Source: Octopus vulgaris | Lineage: Eukaryota | Assembly (NCBI GenBank): GCA_951406725.2 | Contig: OX597820.1 | Coordinates: forward strand, 56,048,001-56,112,000 | Direction of reading: 5' to 3' | DNA: 64,000 bases | Shown here: one piece after another, positions 39,366-53,129 of the stretch | Layout of the letters: the number at the start of each line of letters is the position of its first letter | Position numbering within the stretch: position 1 is the first letter of the stretch | Program-made: the position numbers and the translations under genes | The notes under the pieces: model-generated | Told to the model about the DNA's origin: nothing | The model's input: the letters and a program-made list of their open reading frames with translations, nothing else | Database searches by the model: none

Positions 39366-39780
39366 ATTTTAATTCAGAGATAGTATACCCATACTTCTCA
39401 CCAAATAAAAAGAATTTTTATTTTTATTTTAAATACCTACTGTATTATTACTTGGCAACACATATTTCATGAGGTACATCCTTGGGTTCCTAAACCACTC
39501 CATGTTTCCCTGGAACCCCTCTCAAGATGCCACCCCAATCATCAGGCCCTTATAACTTTATCAACATTCAATACAATAAACTATATTTTAATTTTTAAAT
39601 CCCATAAATATTTGCAAAATAAGTATGTTTAAATTAGGGAAACACGGAGCAGTTTAGGAACCCAAGGATGTACCTCATGAAACACGTGTAGCCAAGGAAT
39701 AAAACAGTAGGTATTTAGAATAAAAATAAAATTTTTTTTTACTTGGTGAGAAGTAGGGGTATACTATCTCTAAATTAAAA
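39366..39780. mobile_element. Penelope-like inverted duplication carrying a long-stem-II hammerhead
   Basis: Inverted arms of about 145 bp (39366-39511 and 39636-39780). Confidence 0.7.
39454..39548 (-). ncRNA. Type I hammerhead ribozyme-like motif with extended stem II
   Basis: GGC CTGATGA t tggggt..gcatctt..gggttcc [loop] ggaaccc aaggatgt acctcat GAAA TATGTG TT GCC. The opposite arm keeps GAAA CACGTG TA GCC (39679-39693). Confidence 0.7.
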
Positions 39781-39951
39781 TATATTTCTTCATTGAGAAT
39801 AATTTGAACCTCTTTTATGCCGGAATTGTTATATATATATATGTAAATGTGTGTAAACATAATTAAAGGATAAAACCATTAAAATTAATTAATTTTATCA
39901 GTGGCCAGCATATAAAAAAACATTTATGGTAAAATACATATGTAGAGATAA

Positions 39952-40218
39952 ATAATTGTATAAGGTACAATTATACTTGAGGGACAGAAACTACCATACC
40001 AATATGCTGAAAGTAGACGCCAAATATGTCTCATTCTATGTGTATACACATGTTGAAAGCGGGAAAGCAGACTGACTAAAAATTCATAAAATAATTCAAC
40101 CTGTGTATATATGTGGAGTGAATATCTGAAGTGGTTGGATGTATTCAGCATCTACTTTCAGCATATAAGCATGGTAGCTTCCATGCCATTAAGTATAATT
40201 GTACCATATACAATTATA
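39952..40218. repeat. Long imperfect inverted repeat, probably a Penelope-like fold-back
   Basis: ataattgtata.ggtacaattatactt...atatgctgaaagtaga versus tctactttcagcatat...aagtataattgtacc.tatacaattat. Confidence 0.6.
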
Positions 40219-41447
40219 TATCACAATAAATGTTTGTATGTACGTATGTATGTATGCTGGAACACCACCTTGAAGGGTTTTAGTCAAACAAATCAACCCC
40301 AGGACTTTTTCTTTGTAAGCCTAGTAGTTATTCTATCAGTCTCTATTGCCAAACTGCTAAGTTATGAGGATGTAAACACACCAATGCCAGTTGTCAAGTA
40401 CTGATAGGGGGACAAACACAGACACAAAGGCAACGCTGGGCTTCTTTCAGTTTCCATAAGCCAAATTCACTCACAAGGCTTTGGTGAGCCTGAGGCTATA
40501 GTAGAAGATACTTACCCAAGGTGCAATGCAGTGGGACTGAACCTGCAACCATGTGGTTGGGAAGCAAGCTTCTTACCACACATCCATGCCTGTACCTATT
40601 CTTTTATTCTTTATTCTTCTACTTATTTCAGTCATTTGACTGCAGCCATACTGGAGCACTGCTTTTAGTTGAAGAAATCGACCCCAGGACTTATTCCTTG
40701 TAAGCCTAGTGCTTATTCTATTGCACTCTTTGGGGACATAAACACACCAACATTGGTTGTCAAGCAATGGTGGGGGGACAAACACAGACAAACAGACACA
40801 CACACACACACACACGCATATATACATATACATATATATATACATACACATATATATATACATTATACACTCTCGGAGTGGTTGGCGTTAGGAAGGGCAT
40901 CCAGCTGTAGAAACACTGCCAGATCTGACTGGCCTGGTGCAGCCTTCGGGCTCCCCAGACACCAGTTGAACCGTCCAACCCATGCTAGCATGGAAAGCGG
41001 ACGTTAAATGATGATGATGATGATGACATATATGTATACATATACATAGATATATACATATACATATATATATACATATACATATATATATACGTTTATA
41101 TATTTGTTTTTCAAGATTCTTGATGTGAAATCGTGTGTTGAAATGGATGTTGTTGCATGTAGGAATGGTCGTTTTATCAGTTTAGCCAATAAAACACATG
41201 CACTATATATTTGGTGCTAATTTGCTTCAGCTTTATATATTTTTAACATAAAGTACAAAGAATAATCTGTTGTAAGAACACACAACAGTAGGAGTGGCTG
41301 CATGGTAAGTAGCTTGCTTACCAACCACATAGTTCCGGGTTCAGTCCCACTGCGTGGCACCTTGGGCAAGTATCTTCTACTATAGTCTTGAGCTGACCAA
41401 AGCCATGTGAGTGGATTTGGTAGATGGAAACTGAAAGAAGCCCATTG

Positions 41448-41484
<37 letters not shown>

Positions 41485-42324
41485 ATGTGTGTGTATATGT
41501 TTGTGTGTCTGTGTTTGCCACCCCCAACATCGCGTGACAGCTGATGCTGGTGTGTTTATGTCCCTGCAACTTAGCAGTTCGGCAAAAGGGACTGATAGAA
41601 TAAGTACTAGGCTTACAAAGAATAAGTCCTGGGGTCGATTTGCTCGACTAAAGGCAGTGCTCCAGCAATGCTCCAGCATGGCCACAGTCACATGACTGAA
41701 ACAAGTAAAAGAGTAAAGAGTAAGAGTAAGGAATGAATTCCTTCAAGTGCTTATCTTGCTAGAAGTAGTTAATAGTTGTGTAGGTAAGTGTATTGGAGGA
41801 ACTGTAGTAAGAGTAAGAACTAAAAATGGAAACCTTCAGAGAGTGACTACCTCTGTTGATAACAAAGGATTTATCTCTGTCTAAGAGAAGGGAGCAGATT
41901 ATATGCTACTTGGTGCTGCATAGTAATGTGTCTTGGTCCTCGCATGTAGTATTCCTTTTCTACTACTGTAAGAATCTCCACGACAGTAACACACATTTTT
42001 TACATAGGCAAAGAGGAAGACAATGAAGCAACATGATTCTGATTAGCCACATACGCGTGTGCATGTGTTTATGTGTGTATGTGTGTGTGTGTGTGTGTGT
42101 GTGTTTGTGTGTCTGTGTTTGTTCACCCACCATCGCTTGACAACCGGTGTTATTGTGTTTATGTCCCCGTAACTTAGCGGTTCAGCAAAAGAGACCGATA
42201 GAATAAGTACTAGGCTTACAAAGAATAAATCCTGACGTTGATTTGTTCAACTAAAGGCAGTGCTCCAGCATGGCTGTAGTCAAATGACTGAAACAAATGA
42301 ATGAATAAAAGAATATATATCATA

Positions 42325-42389
<65 letters not shown>

Positions 42390-42671
42390 CATATGTATAT
42401 ATATATATGTATGTGTATATATGTGTCTGTATATATGTATGTATGTATATATATGTATATATGTGTGTGTATATATGTATGTATGTATATATATGTGCGT
42501 GTATATATATATGTATATATATATGTATGTATATATATGTATATACATATACATATATACATATGTATATATATATGTATGCATTTAGATATATATATAT
42601 ATATAGGTATGTATATATATATGTATACATATATATAGGTATGTATATATATAGGTATGTATATATATATA

Positions 42672-42703
<32 letters not shown>

Positions 42704-42780
42704 CATACGTACACATATATACATATATATATGTATACATATGCAAGTGTGTATGCATGTATGTGTGTATGTATGTGTGC

Positions 42781-42822
<42 letters not shown>
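42325..42822. repeat. Long (TA)n/(TATG)n compound microsatellite (similar arrays at 6235-6550 and 15973-16188)
   Basis: Direct inspection. Confidence 0.95.
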
Positions 42823-42824
<2 letters not shown>

Positions 42825-43379
42825 CAGATTAGTAACGCAAATAGATAAGAATATTCATTTTTTTTTTCTCTTTTGTTATAAATAAACATTAACCTATTCA
42901 TGTTTCACCTCTCAAATTTCCATTTCCCAAACAAGACGCAAATAAGCATAAGCGGTAAATAAATAACGATTCAGAAGAAAAGCATGTGGTTTTAATGTCA
43001 TTCTGTCTTTGGTTGACAAATAAGGATAGTAACCACTATTTTTAGACTACTGTATGGTTTAGCTTTTGGAAGAATCCCATTGGAGATAAAAAAAAAAACT
43101 GCTAAGACGTATTATGTTTTGTTGTTAAATGTTATAAAAGAAACAGAGGCTGACAGTTGAAGCATGATTGTCCATCAGCTGTTATTCAGTTAGAGTGCTG
43201 CTCAGATTACTTGTCTTTAGCTCATCTCAAAACAAAAAGATCTGTCTGTGTATATGTGTGTGTGTGTATTATACACACACACACATGTATGCACACACAC
43301 ACACATATATGCCTATATATATATATATATCACCATCAAACAAGCTCTACATGAACTTTCTAAATACACATATATATAC

Positions 43380-43445
<66 letters not shown>

Positions 43446-44096
43446 TCATCATCATCTTCCTCATCTTTTAATGTCTGTTTTCCAATGCTGGCATGGGTTG
43501 GACAGTTGAACCAGAGCTGGCTGGTAAGCTGAAGAGCTGCACCACATTCCAATCCAATTCGACTTGGCTTAGGGGTTGTGAATCCAACCCACTAAGGGAT
43601 AATATGTATCCAATATACTGCTGCTAGAATACCCAACTATTAATACACAAGTGTTTTTTATTGCTTTGCAATTACATTACCTATTGTACTAAATGGGTGA
43701 AGGTAAAGAGATATTTTACCATTAATTTATATAGCAAATAAGAAATATTGATATATTGATTGTAAAATTACTATCCTTATAACTTTCATAAATATCTGTT
43801 TATATATTATATTATATTCTGTATTCTATGTACTATCTATTGTGAATAACAGAATACATCTAATATTAATAATATTAGTAATAACTGAATATTATATATG
43901 CTTATGGATGTAAATGTGTATGTATAGTTCAGTATATATATATATATAAGTAGTTATGTATATCTATATATATAAGTAGTTATGTATATCTATATATGTA
44001 TATTTATATCTATATATATATATTCAAATGTGTGTGTATTTTGTTTATTTTATATTTATATTTATATTTATTATTATAACTTAACATTTGTACTTT

Positions 44097-44226
44097 ATAA
44101 TCTCTGATGAAGCCTAGAGATATATACAAGTACCTCATGTTCATCTACCTATTACCTCAATTCACTTGAGTTATATAGGTAAAATGAGGTACTTTTATCT
44201 ATTGGCTGAAACAGCTGTAAGTTATT
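44097..44226 (+). ncRNA. Type I hammerhead ribozyme-like motif with about 97-nt stem II, inside an AT-rich Penelope-like repeat (about 43575-44430)
   Basis: ATAATCT CTGATGA AGCC..aagtacctcat..tacctat..ctcaa ttcac ttgag..ataggta..atgaggtactt..GGCT GAAA CAGCTG TA AGTTAT. Confidence 0.75.
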
Positions 44227-47200
44227 TTACCAATTTATATTCATGTTTTTTTATAATAATTACTGGTATCTTTATATATTACTATATTTTATATCTTATA
44301 TGTAAAGAATAATATGCTACATGTATGTATATTATTATAATTATCAGTTTAATAAATAAATAAGTTAACATAATTTAATGTCCAAAAGTTGATGAATCAC
44401 CTATTGTTCTCCTCCATTTTCTTATTTGCTATATATATATATAATAGACCTTTATATAAATAAATAACGTGAAATACACGAATATATATATAAGAGTGGC
44501 TGTGTGGTAAGAAGCTTGCTTCCCAACCACATAGTTCTGGGTTCAGTCCCACTGCATAGCACCTTGGGCAAGTGTCTTCTACTGTAGCCTCGGGCTGACC
44601 AAAATCTTGTGCGTGGATTTGGTAGACAGAAACTGTAAGAAGTATATATATATATACGTTGGCGTGTTTATGTCCCTGTAACTTACCAGTTTGACAAAAG
44701 CAGTCAAATAACTGAAATTAGTAAAAGAGTAAAAGGGTATTTGTATGTATTGAGCAGGATCCCTGACCCCAATTTTGGTGGATCTTGAGGTGGAAGGCAG
44801 TTACATATATGCATATATACACACACATAAATATATATGTATATATGTATGAACAAAAACATGATTGTTGAAACAGACAGTGTTTTTTGACATGTCTTAA
44901 GATGTTGTGCAAAATCTGTAAAACAAAAGGTTCATTTAAACAGTGTTATTTGTTTCCAGTTCTCTGCATAATCATGTCCAGCCTGTTCATTGTTCACCTG
45001 GAAACAGGTAAAGGTTGGTTCCAGGAAGAGCATCCAACTATCCCCAAAACTTTGTGCCAGTGTATTCTCTTCCGACTTATGCAAGCATGGAAAAGCATTT
45101 CAAAATGATGATGATGATGATGACAATGATGATGTCTAATGTTATTCAGAGTAGCAATGATTTTTTTTTCTAGTTGAGGCATTCATTGTGTAACTGATAT
45201 TTCATTCAACAGTTTTTGATGGATCCTCTCCTTAAAAAAAAAAAATGTGTTCTGCTTTTCCCACCACCCTTTGTGATCTACTGCATTCAATTTGTGATTT
45301 GACAGTTAAACTGGGTGAAATTAACTACAAATATCTGCATCATTTGAATCATCATCATCATTGTCGTTTAACGTCTGCTTTCCATGCTAGCATGGGTTGG
45401 ATGATTTGACTGAGGACTGGCGAACTAGATGGCTGCACCAGGCTCCAATCTCATTTGGCAGAGTTTCTACAGCTGGATCCCTTCCTAACGCCAACCACTC
45501 TGAGAGTGTAGTGGGTGCTTTTACATACCACCGGCTTCAGGGCCAGTCAGGCAGCACTGGCAACGGCCATGCTCAAATGGTGTTTTTTATGTGCCACCTG
45601 CACAGGAGCCATTCTAGCGGTACTGGCAAAGACTTCGCTTGAATGTTTTTTCACATGCCACCGGCACAAGTGCCAGTAAGGCGACGCTGGTAACGATCAT
45701 GCTCGAATGGTGATTTTTACATGCCAGTTTGCTGCTCTGGCAACGATCACACTTGGATGGTGCTCTTAGTGCTCCACTAGCACGGATGCTAGTCATCGAA
45801 TTTGATTTCGATTTCACTTGCCTCAACAGGTCTTTTCAAGCAGAGTTTAGTGTCCAATGAAGGAAAGCTATGTATAAGTGGGCTGGTTACACCCCTGGCA
45901 TAGGCCACAAGGTTATGGTCTTACTTGGCTTGCCGGGTTGAATGATGTTGGATAATTCAACATTTGTGTCAGTTTTAGGCAGAGCTTTCCTAATCCTCTC
46001 AGTCCTTACATTCATGTCAGGTTTGTATGAGCCTGATAATTTTCACCTAAATTTATGAGCAGATGAGAAATTAACATTATTATATACCAATCGGCTTGAC
46101 TACATGAAGATATATCCTCAACATGCTTGTGCCTGAGCTGGTATGGACATATAATGTGAATGAAGATGAAGACACAAGTTCAAATATATATCATCATAAA
46201 TATCATCATTATCTTCATCCACTTTTTGATGGGTCAGATGGAATTGGCTGAAATAAATTTTCTATAGTCAGATGCTCTTCCTGTTGCCAACCCTCACCTG
46301 TCTGCAAGCAAAATAATAATCACTAAGTCTATCAAAAGAGAATAATTTAGACATAGTTACACAGTTGACTGCATGCGAAGGATAGCACTTGTATTGTCAT
46401 TTACAGTCAGCAAACACGCACGAAGCCAGGGAAATATGAATTCACCCATTAACACACATGCAACAGGTTTCTTCAATTTCCATTTATCAATTTCACTCGT
46501 AAGGTATTTGTTGACCTATTCGTGGCTGTAGTACAGCATGACAATGTTCATGCTGTAAGACTGAACCTGTAATCATGTAGTTTTGAAGCAAACTTCTTAA
46601 CCACACAGCTATGTCTGTGCTTATCAGTGTATAATATATAAATTATAGTTGGCAGGCAAAAAAAGACAGAACTCTACTGCTTAAGTGATCATGTTCAATA
46701 TGTACAAAAGGAGTGTGTAGTTAGGAATGCCTTACACATACCCAATGTAAACTATAGGAGCAAAAATGATGCAGTGGAATTACATGTGGGCTTAGAGGGT
46801 GAGAAGAATTTGTGTGTTGTAGATGCACAGGAGCGGTTAACTGTAGGAATTGAATTACAGGATAAGTAGCTGTGAATTCCACAGATATGTGCACCTCTAA
46901 CATAATGGCATACTGCACTACAGACTAAATCTATACATTTTAGCATACACTATATGTAACAGACAAATATCTTGTTGTGGACAGAAAGAGATAACACTCC
47001 ACTGATTTATCAATTGAACTATTAATGAAAAATGAATCTATTTATGCATTTTCATCTGATTTACTTAAACCTCAGAGAAACAAAAAGCGGCTTCTAATAG
47101 AATGAAAGGATTGGGTGAAGCTGTTTGGATACTGGCAATTTGGCGTTGCTGACTGGACATTGAACCTGTTTTGGTAACAGTACTTTCTGACACTGGGGGC

Positions 47201-48295
47201 CAACACACAAACACACACATGTGCATGCATATGCACATATATATTCATAGAGGGAGAGAGAAAGAGAGAGGGTGGGTGGTTAGGGGAGAGAATTATAGAA
47301 ACATTAAAACATCTGATGTCAATTAATTCAGTGATAAACCAGTGATGCCAAATAGGTGGTGCCAAAACAGCTGTACCAAAACATCTCATACATATTTATA
47401 AGTAGTGTCTCTGTTGATATAATCACAATATAAGAGTTGAATTAACCTGGGTAATCCTTCATTTAATATTCATGAATATACTGTGTATAGAGATGAAGTA
47501 TTTACACATGTTCATCACTCACAGTGTTGGATTAAAACCTATAGCTGTATTCTGTAATATAGAACAGTTCATTACATTGGTATTTCTATGCTGGCATGGG
47601 TTAGATGAATACTTGTTATTGAGGAATTACTTTACAGCCAGGCAACCTTACTGTCACTAACCCTTATCTGTTTTATAAATAAGGGTTTTTTTTAAAATTT
47701 CACATGCCTTCTAAAGTGCAGAACTGCCAGATGATTATTAACAGCAACTGTTAATTTAAAATTACCATTTTATTTCAAGAAATTTCAAATAAAGGCATGG
47801 AACATAAATATCTACACAAACACATTTTGAACATAATTTTGAAACAAAAGCACTAAGAGCACATATCTAGATTCTCTGAAATACCCTGGTGGCTCTCAAT
47901 AAGTAGTCATTAGTTTCTATAACTAGGTAACCTAATTAACAGTAGAGACAAGTGTTCTTAAAGAATAACAGCCAGAGTAAAAATGGGTTGTGTTGCTTGT
48001 TCAAGAACTGTGATGCTGCAGGCTAATGAGACAGAGGCTTTGAATGCAGAGGCAAAACATGTTAAAAGCTTTGAAAACTTGTAACAATGACAGATGTTGG
48101 GGACCATCTACAGTTGGGTTTCTAATGTAACAGTTCAAGTTAAGCCTACAGGTACTGGCATGGCTGTGTAGTTAAGAAGCTTGTTTTGCATCCACATGTT
48201 TTCAAGTTCAATACCACTACATGTCACCTTGGGAATTTATTATAAGCCCTATGCCTTGTGAGTGAATTTAGTAAACAGAAACTAAGTGGAAGCCC

Positions 48296-48335
<40 letters not shown>

Positions 48336-48558
48336 AGTGTCAGGTCAATGCCAGTGATGCCTGTTCAATTTTTTATGGTAGCATGGGGCAAACGGAATTC
48401 CTTGAGGCAGATTTTACAATAGAGAGATGCCCTTCCTCTCACCAATCCTCTCTGGTTTCCATGTAAAGTAGTATTTTATAATGGCCTGACAGGGTTTCCT
48501 CGAAAGATCAAAACTGAAACATGATAGTTTATAACCATTAAGATCGTCGTTATATATA

Positions 48559-48611
<53 letters not shown>

Positions 48612-49079
48612 TTTTATTCTTTTACTTGTTTCAGTCATGTGACTGGGGCCATGCTGGAGCACCGCCTTTAGTCGAGCAAATCGACCCCAGGACTCATTCT
48701 TTGGAAGCCTAGTACCTATCCTATCAGTCTCTTTTGCCGAACCGCTAAGTTACAGGGACATAAACACACCAGCATCGGTTGTCAAGCGATGTTGGGGAGG
48801 GGGGGACAAACACACACACATATATATATACATATATACGACGAGCTTCTTTCAGTTTCCGTCTACCAAATCCACTCACAAGGCTTTGGTCGACCCGAGG
48901 CTATAGTAGAAGACAGTTGCCCAAGGTACCACGCAGTGGGACTGAACCCGGAACCATGTGGTTCGTAAGCAATCTACTTACCACACAACCATATATATAT
49001 ATATATGTATATATCACATATGTATCACACGTACATATGTGTATGTGTGATACATATGTGATATACGCATGTATGTATG

Positions 49080-49113
<34 letters not shown>

Positions 49114-50692
49114 TGTATGTATGCATCCATGTAAGTATGTATGCGTGTATGTGTATGAGTTATATGTATATCATACATATAAATCAGCAGATAACGTTCA
49201 AATAATGTACACACACACGTTTTATTGATGTTTAGAAAGATCGCCGATGTTTATATCATACATCTTACAAAAAACATATCACACGGTACAGCATATATTT
49301 TATCGAACCAGTTTCAATAAATGAATGTTGGACTTACAAAGATACTCCTTCTGACCCTATCTTCAGGATACCTGAACTTGTAAATTGACATCTTATTTTA
49401 TCCGCCTTGGAACGATGAAACAAAAAAGTAAATACTATGATACTCATGTGGAGGATCTTTTCCTTTTGAAACGATCCCATGTGGAATTTTAATCAAAATG
49501 GAATACAATGGTTTTGGGCTCAGGCCAATAACCGAAGTTTTTGTAGAGAAAACCCGAACAAAAATTATGAAAGCAACACATCCGCTCTGACGAAAACAAA
49601 GAGAAATCGAATTGCTCATCTATTGAATGTATGTCATATGAGACGTTATTCAACAGGATGTGCCAGGAACAAAAAAAATCATGGAGAGAAATGCTTCAGA
49701 TTAATGATTAACTCCCTCTTTAGTAGGGGCCGTACTATTTTCCAGCAAGAGAAATAGTCTTTTGATTAGAATGGCCAATTCAATGAGAGATAAAGGATAC
49801 AGGTTCAGTCTCTGGCCCAGCCAAGGAACATGCCCGAAGATCATTGTATAGAATGCTGCTCGAAATGTTGTCATCATACAGCAAACATACAAAGGTAGAT
49901 TGATAAAATTACAACATACACATACACACGCGAACACAAGGGGCTATTTTTTTTAAAATACAAACTTTATTTTGAGGGCTCCAAAACATTTAGGACATAG
50001 TGGTCAGTTATGTAATCATGTAGTGTTTGTGTGTGTGTGTGTGTGAACTATTGTATTAAAGATTGGTGAGTGCGTTTATTTGTATAGCATTATTTGTTGG
50101 ATGAACAAACTGAAGAAACGACTGTTTTGGAAATATATACACAAATACACACACACACACACGACTCAGCTTGCATGAGAAAGTGAAGAAATGAACTTGT
50201 GAAATTTAAAATTTTAAATATTCAAAATATCTTTTCCGTATGTACGTACACATATAATAAATACATTTGGCATTCTATCAGGAATGCCACATTAAAATGT
50301 ATCTCAAAATATTTAACAATTGTTAAATATTTTATTGTCATCGTTAACAATGTTAAAATGTATAATTGCTATCAACAGTTTGTTTTGATTTATTCAAAAG
50401 CAGGTATTAACGTATTCATTTGTTACATTTACACAAGGTTAGGTATTTAAAAAACACATTGATAATTAACTTTGTTAGTTTTAACAAAATTAAAAAAAGG
50501 GTCATTCATAAAATTTCCGCACATTATTTCTACTTTTAACTTTCTTTCTTTCTTTCATTCCTCCCCCGCCTTTTTTTAGGCGCCCTCCACTCTCTGATTA
50601 TTTTTCTCTTTCTCTCCTGCCCTCACAGTCATTCAAACCTATTTTTTTTTCTTTTGGTAAGAAACAAAAGTTGACAAATACATCTTTCTTAC

Positions 50693-50723
50693 CTGTGAAT
50701 TGTACATGTGTAGGATTCCACAT
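50693..50723 (-). CDS. RAB11FIP: First coding exon of a class I Rab11 family-interacting protein (RAB11FIP1/2/5, Rip11-like), start of the C2 domain
   Basis: Minus strand reads ATG TGG AAT CCT ACA CAT GTA CAA TTC ACA G|GTAAGA = MWNPTHVQFT(V) with a canonical donor, phase 1. Matches the W-x-P-T-H-V-Q-x-T-V N-terminal signature of class I Rab11-FIPs. Downstream exons were not found in the window. Confidence 0.75.
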
Positions 50724-51300
50724 GTTTTAATCCCTTTTTTTTGTTTATCGCCAAATCGGCTGTAATATGATAATAATCCGTCCACTGGTTTTGAAAGTTT
50801 TAACAACAATGTAAAATAAAAAGTCTTTAAAATAATTTAAATTTATATAAATATGTATAAATGTTATAATAGTAGCTCAGTGGCGGGCTTGCCTGCTGAT
50901 GAGCTGTAATATTATTTTCTCAAAGCCAACTTTGCTCAATGTTAGTAATCCTTCTTCCGTTTTCTATACCGTCCTCTCTTACACCTTGAATATGTCAACC
51001 CCCCGTGATGGCTCTCCACCTTTACCCCACTCTTTCTCGCGCGCTCGCTATTTCTCTCACAAGGGGCACCCAACCGCTGTCCCAGACTGGCCTACTTTCT
51101 GCGCTAAGTCGTAGTGTATATGCAGTTTTTACAGATCGCACGTAGCGAATGTATACCTCTATTTACCTAGGTATGTAGGTGTGCGCTATGTGTCTATGAA
51201 ATCAGTAACGTGTGTATGTGGAATACATCAACTCTGTCTAGTCGTCCTAACAGTGTGTATTTCTACGCTCGCTTTCTCGCACACACTAACTTACCGATAT
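50724..51300 (-). promoter_or_regulatory. 5' UTR and CpG-rich proximal promoter region of the Rab11-FIP gene
   Basis: Repeat-free, CpG-retaining segment (e.g. tctcgcgcgctcgc near 51035) directly upstream of the ATG exon. The TSS cannot be located from sequence. Confidence 0.5.
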
Positions 51301-52672
51301 ACCTTTATTTGTTATATACTTCTCGCAGTTAATTTTTTTTTCACCTGAAGGCAACCTTGTACTTTTACCGCTGTTGAGTGGCGTTGTTTTTATTTCATTT
51401 ATACTTCCCCAATTAAAAGAAATAAAACAAAACAAAGTTACTTTCATCAGACTTTCACGATTATTTATTTTTACAGTTTAACCAAACACTTCGTAACTTA
51501 AGAAAACTACATCTTCACTCTTAGATGAATAAACACGATGTATGTAAGTTACTAAAATAACTATGTTTACATATACACACATAAAGTATATATATATATA
51601 TGGGTGACTGGTTCTCAGTCGTTCAACGATGAGGATTTCTTTGGTCCATCAATTTACATTACCTGTTCATTAAATTAAAGTGGAAGTAGCAGAACGTTCC
51701 ATAGAAAAAGTGTATTCCTAAGGTAACTCTTGGGCAAAATGAGCAGGACTTAGTGTGCGATGAGATTGTCCGTTGGAATTAACGGTATAATCTATCTGTA
51801 CAGTTTCGATCTATCCAATTTCTCTTCCAAGTGATCGAACACGTGATCTAACGGTTGTAAAGCGAACTTCTTACCTTCAGTATTAGTATGTCTACATAAG
51901 TGTGTGTGTGTGTATACAATCACTTTGTAACTTTTGCCAATTATGTATGTGCTTGTGTGTGTATGTATGTGTTTGTATATATTAATATATATATATATAT
52001 ATATATATATGCATACATACATACATACATGCATACATACATACATACATACATACATACATACATACATACATACATACATACATACATGCATGCACGT
52101 GTGTGTATCTATATCAACTTGTGTTTATATTACGATATAAAAACAAAAAGCTGCTTATATACAACTTTTTGCTGGAAGAGGTTAAAGTCTTTAAAATGTT
52201 AATTTATGTGAAATAAACAGTAGGGCATTCTTGTGTGTTTGTGCATATATATTGTATAAGCATACACATACACACACTCATTCACTCACACACACGAGAT
52301 ACATTTGTATGTTTAACATACACAACACGTGCCTACATAAAGAATTTATATATATATTCTTTTATTCGTTTCAGCCATTTGACTGCGGCTATGCTGGAGC
52401 ACCGTCTTTAGTTGAACAAATCGACCCCAAGACTTATTCTTTGTAATCCTAGTACTTATTGTATTGGATCCTTTTGCCGAACCGTTAAGTTACGAGCGAC
52501 GTAAATATACCAACACCGATTGAAAAACACAGACATAAACACACACACACACACACACACACACATGTTTGGTAGGCCCAAAGCTATAGTAGAAGACACT
52601 TGCCCAAGTTGGGACTGAACACAGAACCATGTAGGTGGGAAGCAAGCTTCTTACCACACTGCCACACCTGCG

Positions 52673-52720
<48 letters not shown>

Positions 52721-53044
52721 TATACATATATACATGCACACACACACGTATACATAACGTATACGTAACATATGTAGACAGGTATGATATTTTGAACTGC
52801 CTATAAAAAGTGGAAGCAAGTTTATTTTGTCTTGCCGTGCCGTGTTTATGTTTGCTGCTGAGTGAATGTAACTCGGTTATTAAGTTTCCCATTACAATAT
52901 ATATTTTTTAGAGTTTTCCTTCATTCATGACAAAATGCGTAGGCTTGACAGATGTTGCTGAGGTTGAAGTTGCAAATACAGAGAGAGAGAGGAAGCAGTG
53001 GGGATGTTATCAGATTATCAGCAAAGAAGTACGAATGCGTGTGT

Positions 53045-53129
<85 letters not shown>

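Noticed and set aside
42280-42901. Long [12 protein letters not shown] ORFs (also 6200-6578, 15886-16251 and many others)
   Set aside because: Translations of dinucleotide and tetranucleotide microsatellites that lack stops in several frames.
47071-47192. Possible exon 2 of the Rab11-FIP gene (phase-compatible open frame SESTVTKTGSMSSQQRQ...)
   Set aside because: No C2-domain similarity, poor polypyrimidine tract and weak GTTTAA donor.
49398-49937. Coding-like ORFs, including HGIVSKGKD resembling the C2 KGK motif
   Set aside because: The match does not extend and there are no suitable splice sites. Probably a decayed repeat that I could not classify.
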